Shown: positions 13,805 through 21,416 of the stretch, in pieces
How the letters are laid out: every line of letters begins with the position of its first letter
Position numbering within the stretch: position 1 is the stretch's first letter
NCBI RefSeq assembly: GCF_001499995.1
Contig: NZ_LQIU01000035.1
Span: forward strand, 10,432-42,431
DNA length: 32,000 nucleotides
From: Mycobacterium sp. IS-1496
Lineage (GTDB): Bacteria; Actinomycetota; Actinomycetes; Mycobacteriales; Mycobacteriaceae
Direction of reading: 5' to 3'
The notes under the pieces: generated by a model
Told to the model about the DNA's origin: nothing
Seen by the model: the letters and a program-made list of their open reading frames with translations, nothing else
Databases searched by the model: none
Program-made: the position numbers and the translations under genes

Positions 13805-14836
13805 TCAGGGCACCGGCACGGGGGTGGGCGTCGGGAGCGGTGCGCCCTGGCCGTGCGGCACGGGTGCCTGATCGCCGGTGCTCACCGGGATCGGCGCAGG
13901 ACCGCTGCCCGCCGGCTGAGGCGCGGGCTGGGCCGGAGCCGCCGGGGCCGGAGCCGCGGGGGCCGGAGCCGCCGGAGCGGGCGCAGGTGCGGCCGGGGCC
14001 GGAGCCGGGCTGCCCTGGCTACCCGCGGGCAGCGGGGTGCCCTGCGCGCCGGCCGGCAGTGGGGTGCCGGAACTGCCCGCGGGCAACGGGGTGCCCGAGC
14101 TGGTGGCGGGCAGTGGGGTGCCCGAGCTGGTGGCCGGAAGCGGCGTGCCGGAGCTGCCCGCGGGGAGCGGGGTGCCCGAGCTGCCTGCGGGGGCCGGGAC
14201 CAGTTCGGCGCCGGCGGGAGCGGGTTCGCCGGGGGTGGCCGGTTCGACGGCCTCGGCGTCGGCCGGCGGAGTCGACTGCGCGGCCTGCGGCGCCGACGAC
14301 GTGGCGCTTCCGGACGGCGAGGAGGCCGACCGCGGGGTGGAGGACGGCGTGCTCGACGGAGCCGGCTGCACCCACAGCAGCAGATCCTGGCCGCCGTCGT
14401 TGTAGACGACGCTGTCGGGCTGGGCGCCGGTGACGTCGAAGTACAGCTTTCCGGTGGTCTCCTGGCCCTGGCCGAGGGTCGCGGGGTTGACGCCCTGCGC
14501 CGTGGCGACCTGCCACAGCGCGCGGTAGGTCTGACCGTCCTTAGCCCGGGCGTTGAAGTTCGACACGATCGGCGTCGCCGCGCCCTGGATCGCCTGGTCG
14601 GTGGCGGTGGCCTCCCACAGTGTTCCGCGTACGGCGTAGGGGATCGTGTCGGTGCTGGCCTTCAGACCGGTGACGGTCCAGCCCTGCACCACCGATCCGT
14701 TGACCAGATCGGCCTGCTGGCCGATCTCGTGGACGGCGGGGCCCGCCGGCGCACCCGACTCCGCCCCGGCGATCGGTGCGGCCATGACCGCACCGGCGGT
14801 CGCGACGGTTGCTGCCAATACTGTGGTGATCTTCAA
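13805..14836 (-). CDS. Secreted MPT63/MPB63-domain (DUF1942, Ig-like) protein with a ~185-aa Pro/Ser/Thr/Ala-rich repeat tail
   Basis: TTG start with AGGGAG upstream and a signal peptide MKITTVLAATVATAGAVMAAPIAGA|ES. The core VVQGWTVTGLKASTDTIPYAVRGTLWEATATDQAIQGAATPIVSNFNARAKDGQTYRALWQ...GKLYFDVTG...DLLLWVQP closely parallels M. tuberculosis MPT63 as I recall it (VVLGWKVSDLKSS...QVWEATATVNAIRGSVTPAVSQFNARTADGINYRVLWQ...GKIYFDVTG...DLLIWEP). Confidence 0.85.
   Translation of the reverse strand: MKITTVLAATVATAGAVMAAPIAGAESGAPAGPAVHEIGQQADLVNGSVVQGWTVTGLKASTDTIPYAVRGTLWEATATDQAIQGAATPIVSNFNARAKDGQTYRALWQVATAQGVNPATLGQGQETTGKLYFDVTGAQPDSVVYNDGGQDLLLWVQPAPSSTPSSTPRSASSPSGSATSSAPQAAQSTPPADAEAVEPATPGEPAPAGAELVPAPAGSSGTPLPAGSSGTPLPATSSGTPLPATSSGTPLPAGSSGTPLPAGAQGTPLPAGSQGSPAPAPAAPAPAPAAPAPAAPAPAAPAQPAPQPAGSGPAPIPVSTGDQAPVPHGQGAPLPTPTPVPVP
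14003..14191 (-). repeat. In-frame 27-nt tandem repeat x7 encoding P-A-(G/T)-S-S-G-T-P-L, adjacent to an (A/P)n tract at 13907-14002
   Basis: Seven consecutive 27-nt plus-strand units of the form cagYggggtgccSgagctgSYSgcSgg. The translation is PAGSSGTPL x2, PATSSGTPL x2, PAGSSGTPL, PAGAQGTPL, PAGSQGSPA. Confidence 0.85.
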
Positions 14837-14954
14837 CGCGCTTCACTCCCTGAGTCGTCCTACGGCCGACTCCCCCGTTCATGGAGGCGGTCCCGCAAGC
14901 GAACCTAGCAAATGATGACGTTGCTGGGCACCCCCGGGCGGCAGGTCGCAGGCC

Positions 14955-16295
14955 TCAGCCGCGTTCCCGGGAACGGTCGTCGGTGACCGGGAAGTGATCG
15001 GCCAGCGCCGCCGCGAGTTCGAGGAACTTCCGCCGCGCCGCGGGGGACATCTCCCGCGTCCCGTCGATGACTCCGCCGGGACGCAGGTGCCCGTCGAACG
15101 GGATCTCGATCACCCGCTGACCGTGGCCCGCGAACTGCTGCGCCAGGATGGACCGGGTGCGCTTGTCGGCATGGCCGTCGGAGTCGTTGAGCACCACCAC
15201 GGTTCGCTGCAGGAGGCCGGTCATGCCCCGGGCCGCCAGCCAGTCCAGCGTCTGCCCGGCCGCGGCCGCTCCGTCCACCCAGGGTGAGGAGACCACGATC
15301 AACGCGTCGAGATCGCGCAGCACCTCCTGGGTCACAGGGGAGTCCATGGTGGAACTGCAGTCGACGATCGAGATGGAGAAGTACCTGTCGAGCCGTGAGG
15401 CGGCCTCGCGGTAGATGGCCGGGTCGAGCACTCGTCGACGTGCCGGCGACCCCTCCCCGGCGAGGACGAACAACCCGGCGGCGTTGTTGCCGACCCGGCT
15501 TCGCACATCGGCGAACGAGTCCAGGTGTTGATCGGAGGCGAGTTCCCAGTAGGACCCCTGCGCGTTGGGGTCGACCCGGCTGCCCAGTTTGCCGAACGCC
15601 GTGTCGGCGTCGATCGCCACCACGCGGTCGTCCTGCCGGAGCTCGGCGAAGACCGAGCCGATGCTGGCCGAGACGGTCGTCTTGCCGACGCCGCCCTTGC
15701 CCATCACACCGACCTTGTAGTGCCCTCTCAAGACACCGCGGATCTTGTTCTCCAGCTCGAGCCGACGTAGCTCGTCGGGTGACTGACCGGGATCGATCCG
15801 CCCGAAGCTCAGGCGGTAGACCCACCGGCGCCAGCCGCGCCCCGGCGGCGTGCGGCGCGGCGGCACCAGCCGGTCGACGCGGATCCCCTCGGTGTAGGAA
15901 CCCGGGTGTGGCGGGGGAGCGCCCATCGGGCCGGCCGGCCCGTACTGCTCCTGCGGCCAGCCCTGCCCCATCGGTGCCGGACCCTGGGGCGCCGGCGGTC
16001 CGGCAGGCGGCCGAGGCCCACGGGCGGGCTGCCAGCCCGGTGGCTGACCCCAGCCGGTGGATTGCGGATCGTGTGGTGCGGGTGGCGGCCCCGGCCGCAT
16101 CTGCTGGGTGTCACGGAAGCTGACGCGCCGCTCCGGATCGCTGATCACGGTGGGCACGTCGGCCGGGGGCGGCACGTTGGGGACCGCGGGGGGCGGACCG
16201 TGCCGTCCCGAGGGGCCGGTGTCCGGTTCGAAGTTCTCGTCCTCCGGGCCGGTCCAGCCGAGCTCTCTACGGAGGGCGTCATCGCGGTCGGTCAC
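14955..16295 (-). CDS. ParA/MinD-like ATPase with a proline-rich N-terminal region; paralogue of EspI
   Basis: GTG start with GGAGGAG 6 nt upstream. It has the deviant Walker A GVMGKGGVGKTT. The C-terminal 280 aa align by eye with the EspI-like protein at 28081-29502: SPDELRRLELENKIR / SPDELYEMDMHARIR; AIDADTAFGKL / AIDADPDAGNL; IVDCSS / LADCGA; LDWL / MDWM. The N-terminal 160 aa are Pro/Gly/Gln-rich. Confidence 0.85.
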   Translation of the reverse strand: MTDRDDALRRELGWTGPEDENFEPDTGPSGRHGPPPAVPNVPPPADVPTVISDPERRVSFRDTQQMRPGPPPAPHDPQSTGWGQPPGWQPARGPRPPAGPPAPQGPAPMGQGWPQEQYGPAGPMGAPPPHPGSYTEGIRVDRLVPPRRTPPGRGWRRWVYRLSFGRIDPGQSPDELRRLELENKIRGVLRGHYKVGVMGKGGVGKTTVSASIGSVFAELRQDDRVVAIDADTAFGKLGSRVDPNAQGSYWELASDQHLDSFADVRSRVGNNAAGLFVLAGEGSPARRRVLDPAIYREAASRLDRYFSISIVDCSSTMDSPVTQEVLRDLDALIVVSSPWVDGAAAAGQTLDWLAARGMTGLLQRTVVVLNDSDGHADKRTRSILAQQFAGHGQRVIEIPFDGHLRPGGVIDGTREMSPAARRKFLELAAALADHFPVTDDRSRERG

Positions 16296-16825
16296 TACGG
16301 TCTCCTCCGGCGGTCAGGCGAGACGGACGTCGCCCAGTATCGACCACGTTCCCCACGATTCGCGCGGCCCCGGCCGGTACGCGCCATCAGCAAAGTTACG
16401 GCCTCCGAACCCCCGCGGTGTGGCCATCCCGGATGTGCGGGTGGCCCGGCGCACCGCACATGTGCCGCCGGATTTTGCGCACCGAACGGTCGCGTCGCGG
16501 CATCGGTGACGGCGCGAGCGCCTTGCGCGTTCGCTGAGGAACGCTTTCCACGGAGTTGATCGGCAGAAGCATGCACGAATGTATATTGCTGACCAGTCGG
16601 TGGATGTGCTGGGCGGGACGGTGGCCCCGGGCGGAAAATCGTGCGCTGGAGGTGCGTGGTGCGCTGGTACGCTCACTTGCGGCGAAGGGACGCCGAACGT
16701 GGTGTTTCGCCGACGCTGTTGCGGGATGCGGCAAAGGTCCGAACAATCCAGGGCAGAAGCCACCGTGCACACCGCGCGATGAGAGTTGGGGGTCCGATGG
16801 GTGAGCTGCGGGTCGCGGGAGTCCG
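16296..16825. promoter_or_regulatory. 530-bp divergent intergenic region (ParA-like gene <-> espG); probable ESX-1 upstream control region
   Basis: This is the largest non-coding gap in the window. It contains an AT-richer patch (catgcacgaatgtatattgctgacc, ~16570-16595), a perfect 10-bp palindrome GCACATGTGC (16456-16465) inside an imperfect hairpin (16433-16462), and GTGCGCTGG direct repeats at 16641 and 16659. Confidence 0.5.
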
Positions 16826-17674
16826 ATGATGGCCGGCGCACCGGCCGCGTCCAGCGGCACCCACTACGACGACGTGGTCGCCGTGGAGGTCACGATCGAC
16901 GGGATGCTCGTCATCGCCGACCGCATGAACACCACGGACTTCCCGCCCTCGCTGGGTATCCGGCTGAACATCCCGCAGCCCGATCTTCGCAAGATCGTGT
17001 GGGAGCAGGTGGCCCGCGATCTCACCGAGCAGGGCGTGCTGAACCTCTACGGTGATCCGCACCCCGAGGTCGCGGCGATGGTGGACACCCTGAGCCGGCC
17101 CGATCGGATCCTCGAAGGGCGCTGGTGGCGCCGCGACGTCGGCGGCAAGATGGTCCGCTTCGTCGTCTGCCGCAAGGGTGACCGCCACGTCGTCGCCGCC
17201 CGGGACGACGAGATGCTGGTCCTGCAGCGCGTCGCGCCGCAGATCGGTCTGGCCAACATGGTCACCACGGTGCTCGGCAGTGCCGCGCCCGCCGACGTCG
17301 AACCGCTGACCGGTGTCGCCCGCAAGCTCGCCGAGTGCCGCACCCCGAACGAACTGCAGGCCTACGGGATACCGCTGCCGTCGGCACGCGCCTATGCCGA
17401 CATCATCAGCGAGCCGTCGAGCTGGGTGGAGCTCACCGCGACCGAACGCCACCCGGGCGGCACCCAGACCACCGCGGACGTCGCCGCCGGGGTGCTCGAC
17501 TCCCCACACGGCCGCATCGTCTCGATTCCCCGCCGGGTCAGTGGTGAGCTGTACGGCAGCTTCCTGCCCGGGACGCAGGAGAACCTGCAGCGGGCGCTCG
17601 ATGGGCTGGTGGACTTCCTCCCGTCGAGGACGTGGTTCGACCACAGCGACGCCGACGCGTTCCACGGGGAGTGA
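16826..17674 (+). CDS. espG1: ESX-1 secretion-associated chaperone EspG
   Basis: The sequence VEVTIDGMLVIADRMNTTDFPPSLGIRLNIPQPDLRKIVWEQVARDLTEQGVL...RPDRILEGRWWRRDVGGKMVRFVVCRKGDRHVVAARD...GSFLPGTQENLQRALDGL is collinear with and highly similar to M. tuberculosis EspG1 as I recall it. Confidence 0.9.
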   Translation: MMAGAPAASSGTHYDDVVAVEVTIDGMLVIADRMNTTDFPPSLGIRLNIPQPDLRKIVWEQVARDLTEQGVLNLYGDPHPEVAAMVDTLSRPDRILEGRWWRRDVGGKMVRFVVCRKGDRHVVAARDDEMLVLQRVAPQIGLANMVTTVLGSAAPADVEPLTGVARKLAECRTPNELQAYGIPLPSARAYADIISEPSSWVELTATERHPGGTQTTADVAAGVLDSPHGRIVSIPRRVSGELYGSFLPGTQENLQRALDGLVDFLPSRTWFDHSDADAFHGE

Positions 17675-17686
17675 GCGGGACCCTCC

Positions 17687-18217
17687 ATGGTGGGTGACAT
17701 TTCGCCGCGCGACCCCGACGACGACGCCGACAACCTCTCGGCGCTCGGCTTCTATCGACCCGTCGTCGCCGACGACGAGTCCGACCTCGCCGCGCTCGAC
17801 GCCTTCGTCGCGTATGTCCCGTCGGGGGAGGGCGGCGACGAACCGTACACACCGGTGCCCCTGACAGATCCGGAACCCGAACCGGAGCCGCTGTTCTCGG
17901 TGACGAACCCACCCGGCACCGTCACCGTCACCAGCCACCTCGACGGTCGCGTCCAGCGGATCGACCTGTCACCGCGGGTGGCGCACATGTCGGAAACCGA
18001 ACTCGCGGAGGAGATCGTGGTGATCGCGGGACTGGCCGCACAGGACGCCAAGTCGGCGCAGTACGAGTACATGCTCGACGGGATGCGGGAACAGGGGCAC
18101 GACGACCCCGCGACCCGCGACTTCCTGCAGCGCGACCTCGAACTGCCGTCACCCGAGGAGGCGCGGGCACGCCGCGCCGAAATCTTCGCCACCAGGTATG
18201 CGGGCAGCCATGAGTGA
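17687..18217 (+). CDS. espH: ESX-1 secretion-associated protein EspH (YbaB-like core)
   Basis: An acidic N-terminus is followed by LFSVTNPPGTVTVTSHLDGRVQRIDLSPRVAHMSETELAEEIVVIAGLAAQDAKSAQYEYM...LPSPEEARARRAEIFATRY, which parallels M. tuberculosis EspH (LFTVTNPQGSVSVSTLMDGRIQHVEL...LPTPEEAAAAEAEVFATRY). The position between espG and eccA matches. Confidence 0.85.
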   Translation: MVGDISPRDPDDDADNLSALGFYRPVVADDESDLAALDAFVAYVPSGEGGDEPYTPVPLTDPEPEPEPLFSVTNPPGTVTVTSHLDGRVQRIDLSPRVAHMSETELAEEIVVIAGLAAQDAKSAQYEYMLDGMREQGHDDPATRDFLQRDLELPSPEEARARRAEIFATRYAGSHE

Positions 18218-19931
18218 TCATCTGGCCAGCCTGTTCGGCAGCGCGGTCGGCATGCTGCCGAACGCCCCCGCTCGCTCGTACGAGATGTTCACCGACATCA
18301 CCAACTACGACGAAACCGCCTGTGACGCATGGGTGGGACGTATCCGCTGCGGGGACATGGACCGGGTGACGCTGTTCCGGGCGTGGTACTCGCGCGGCAA
18401 CTTCGGGCAGCTCGCGGGCGCCGCCGAGATCTCGATGAACAGCCTCGCCGCCCGCATCCCGATCGGCGGCCTGTTCGGGGAGATCACCTACCCGATCACC
18501 TCGCCGCTGGCGATCACGATGGGCTTCGCCGTGCACGAGGCGAAGGAAGGCAACTTCACCGACGCGATGGAGGCGCTGGAGAGCGTGCCGCCCGGCGGCG
18601 CCGACCACCTGATCGCCTGGGTGAAGACCGTGATCTACGGTGCGGCCGAACGGTGGACCGACGTGATCGACCAGGTGCGCGGCGCCAGCGCCTGGCCGGA
18701 CACGTTCCTCGCCGCCGCCGCCGGGGTCGCCCACGGTGTGGCCGCCGCGAATCTCGGACTGTTCACCGAGGCCGAACGGCGGCTCACGGAGATGAACACC
18801 TCACCAGCGGGACAGGCCTGCGCGCCCACCATCGCCTGGTATCTGGCGATGACGTACCGCAGCCAGGGCAACGAGGACGGCGCCCGGGCACTGCTGGAAT
18901 GGCTGCAGGCCACCCATCCGGAACCGAAGGTGACTGCGGCGCTTCGTGATCCGTCGTACCGCCTGGTGACGACCACCGCGGAGAAGATCGCCGCCCGCAC
19001 CGATCCGTGGGATCCGGCCAGCGCGGTCGCCGACACCTCGGGGCGGGAGAGGCTGCTCGCCGAGGCGCAGGCCGAACTCGACCGGCAGATCGGGTTGAGC
19101 CGGGTCAAGGAGCAGATCGAGGCCTACCGCGCCGCCACCCAGATGGCCAAGATCCGGGCGGCCCGCGGGATGAAGGTGGCGCAGACGTCGAAGCACATGA
19201 TCTTCGCCGGCCCGCCCGGCACCGGTAAGACCACGATCGCGCGGGTGGTGGCGAACATCCTCGCCGGGCTCGGGGTGATCTCCGAGCCCAAACTCGTCGA
19301 GACCTCCCGCAAGGATTTCGTCGCCGAGTACGAGGGCCAGTCGGCGGTCAAGACGGCCCGCACGATCGACCGGGCCGTCGGAGGGGTGCTGTTCATCGAC
19401 GAGGCCTACACGCTGGTCCAGGAACGCGACGGCCGCGCGGACCCGTTCGGCACCGAAGCGCTCGACACCCTGCTGGCGCGCATGGAGAACGACCGGGACC
19501 GCCTGGTGGTGATCATCGCCGGGTACAGCGCCGACATCGACCGGCTCCTGGAGAGCAACGACGGCCTCCGGTCGCGCTTCGCCACCCGCATCGAATTCGA
19601 TTCGTACTCTCCCGACGAGATCGTCGAGATAGCGAAAGTGATTGCCGTTGCCAATGATTCGGCGGTCAACGAGGATGCCGCCAAACTCGTGCTCGAGGCG
19701 GCGACGCTGCTCGGGCAGCGCACCCTGAACGGTAAGCCCGCGCTGGACATCGCAGGCAACGGCCGCTATGCCCGGCAGTTGGTGGAGGCCGGCGAGCAGA
19801 GCCGCGACATGCGCCTGGCCCGTTCCCTGGACTTCGACAGTCTCGGCGTCGAGCAGCTGAGCGAGATCAACGGCGAGGACATGGCGTCGGCGATCGCCGC
19901 CGTCCACTCCCGCCTGAACATCAACGGGTGA
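18210..19931 (+). CDS. eccA1: ESX-1 cytosolic AAA+ ATPase EccA (TPR N-domain + CbxX-type AAA)
   Basis: I take ATG 18210 (MSDHLASLFGSAVGMLP...), which aligns with M. tuberculosis EccA1 (MTDRLASLFESAVSMLP...) and gives 573 aa. ATG 18198 is the ORF-track alternative. Walker A is GPPGTGKTT and Walker B is VLFIDEAY. The gene overlaps the end of espH by 8 nt. Confidence 0.95.
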   Translation: MSDHLASLFGSAVGMLPNAPARSYEMFTDITNYDETACDAWVGRIRCGDMDRVTLFRAWYSRGNFGQLAGAAEISMNSLAARIPIGGLFGEITYPITSPLAITMGFAVHEAKEGNFTDAMEALESVPPGGADHLIAWVKTVIYGAAERWTDVIDQVRGASAWPDTFLAAAAGVAHGVAAANLGLFTEAERRLTEMNTSPAGQACAPTIAWYLAMTYRSQGNEDGARALLEWLQATHPEPKVTAALRDPSYRLVTTTAEKIAARTDPWDPASAVADTSGRERLLAEAQAELDRQIGLSRVKEQIEAYRAATQMAKIRAARGMKVAQTSKHMIFAGPPGTGKTTIARVVANILAGLGVISEPKLVETSRKDFVAEYEGQSAVKTARTIDRAVGGVLFIDEAYTLVQERDGRADPFGTEALDTLLARMENDRDRLVVIIAGYSADIDRLLESNDGLRSRFATRIEFDSYSPDEIVEIAKVIAVANDSAVNEDAAKLVLEAATLLGQRTLNGKPALDIAGNGRYARQLVEAGEQSRDMRLARSLDFDSLGVEQLSEINGEDMASAIAAVHSRLNING

Positions 19932-19934
19932 GGT

Positions 19935-21416
19935 ATGGCGAGTTTCCGGCTTACCACCAAGGTGCAGGTCAGCGGATGGCGTTTTCTGCTGCGCCGGGTC
20001 GAGCACGCGATCGTGCGCCGCGACACCCGGATGTTCGACGATCCGCTGCAGTTCTACAGCCGCGCGGTGAGCGCGGGCATCATCATCGCGGTGCTGATCT
20101 GCCTGGGCGCGGCGCTGATGGCGTATTTCAAGCCGCTCGGCAAGCGCGGCGGTGACCAGCTGCTCGTCGATCGCACCACCAACCAGCTCTACGTCGTCAT
20201 GCCGGGCGGCGGGGAACTGCGGCCGGTGTACAACCTCACCTCGGCCCGCCTCGTGCTCGGCAACCCCGGCACCCCGGTCGCGGTGAAATCCGAAGAGCTG
20301 AACCGGATGTCGAAGGGCCAGCCGATCGGTATCCCCGGCGCGCCCTATGCGACGCCGGTCTCCGGTGCGGCCGAGTCGATGTGGACCCTGTGCGACACCG
20401 TCACCAAACCGGAGAGCGTGGTGCCGCGAGTGGAGACCTCGGTGCTGGTGCGTCCGCTGGTGGTCGACTCGACGGTGGCGCCGCTGCGTCCCGACCAGGG
20501 CATGCTGGTCTCGTTCCGCGGGGCCAACTGGCTGGTCACCGAAGGGGGCCGGCATTCGATCGACCTGGCCGACCGGGCGGTGACGTCGGCGGTGGGAATC
20601 CCGGTGACGGCCAGGGCGACCCCGATCTCCGAGGGCCTGTTCAACGCCCTGCCGAACGCCGGGCCGTGGCAGCTGCCCCAGGTGCCCCGGGCCGGTGAGC
20701 CCAACACCGTAGGGCTGCCGGCGAACCTGGTGATCGGCTCGGTGTTCGAGACGGTGACCGAAGCCGACGATCAGCAGCACTACGTCGTGCTCCCCGACGG
20801 GGTGGCCCGTGTCAACGATCCCACCGCAGCCGCGCTGCGCGCCACCAACTCCTACGGGCTGATCGAGCCGCCGATGGTGGAAGCCAGTGTGGTGGCGCGG
20901 ATCCCGGAGCAGGTCTACGTCTCACCGCTGCCCGACAAGGCCCTCGACATCCTGCTGCGCCAGGAGGATCCGACGCTGTGCTGGTCCTGGCAGCGGGTCG
21001 CGGGCGATCAGGCGCCCCGCACGACGGTCATCGCCGGCCGGCGACTGCCGGTCGCCGCATCCGCCCTCAACACCGGCATCCGGCAGATCACGGGTGACTC
21101 CACGGTGTACATCGACGGGGGGCAGTTCATCCGGTTGCAATCCCCGGACCCACGCTACGGCGAGAGCCTCTACTACATCGACCCGCAGGGCGTGCGTTAC
21201 GGCATCCCCGACGAGGAGACCGCCGCGAACATCGGTCTGGTGGGGCCGTTGACCGCCCCGTGGCAGGTGGTCAGCCTGCTCGTCGACGGTCCGGTGCTGT
21301 CCAAACAGGCCGCGCTACTCGAACACGACACGCTGCCCGCGAACCCCAACCCGCGCAGGGTCGGCGAGGACGGTGCGGCGCAACCGGCCACATCACGCAC
21401 CGGAGGCGGCGGATGA
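19935..21416 (+). CDS. eccB1: ESX-1 membrane component EccB
   Basis: The sequence [39 protein letters not shown] plus a TM helix and [13 protein letters not shown]...[12 protein letters not shown]...[10 protein letters not shown] is near-identical in pattern to M. tuberculosis EccB1. Confidence 0.95.
   Translation: MASFRLTTKVQVSGWRFLLRRVEHAIVRRDTRMFDDPLQFYSRAVSAGIIIAVLICLGAALMAYFKPLGKRGGDQLLVDRTTNQLYVVMPGGGELRPVYNLTSARLVLGNPGTPVAVKSEELNRMSKGQPIGIPGAPYATPVSGAAESMWTLCDTVTKPESVVPRVETSVLVRPLVVDSTVAPLRPDQGMLVSFRGANWLVTEGGRHSIDLADRAVTSAVGIPVTARATPISEGLFNALPNAGPWQLPQVPRAGEPNTVGLPANLVIGSVFETVTEADDQQHYVVLPDGVARVNDPTAAALRATNSYGLIEPPMVEASVVARIPEQVYVSPLPDKALDILLRQEDPTLCWSWQRVAGDQAPRTTVIAGRRLPVAASALNTGIRQITGDSTVYIDGGQFIRLQSPDPRYGESLYYIDPQGVRYGIPDEETAANIGLVGPLTAPWQVVSLLVDGPVLSKQAALLEHDTLPANPNPRRVGEDGAAQPATSRTGGGG

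Noticed and set aside
14003-14191. Regular 27-nt repeat array, considered as a CRISPR-like or minisatellite element
   Set aside because: The units are contiguous with no spacers and lie in frame inside a well-supported CDS, encoding a nonapeptide repeat. It is a coding tandem repeat, not a CRISPR array.
13247-14908. ORF 13247-14908 (+, 553 aa) spanning the convergent terminator region
   Set aside because: It is an Arg/Gly-rich shadow frame. It crosses the stop of the membrane-protein gene and runs antisense to the MPT63-domain gene, whose homology is unambiguous.
16556-16829. Small ORFs (62-82 aa) in the espG upstream intergenic region, considered as remnants of espE/espF or as small WXG-like genes
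   Set aside because: They have no helical-hairpin or WXG/YxxxD features, are Arg/Cys/Trp-rich, lack an SD, and overlap one another in different frames. I treat the region as non-coding regulatory DNA.
21260-21412. 51-codon N-terminal extension of the eccCa ORF
   Set aside because: It lies entirely within eccB in another frame and is Arg-rich. ATG 21413 gives the conserved EccC N-terminus and an ATGA overlap with the eccB stop.
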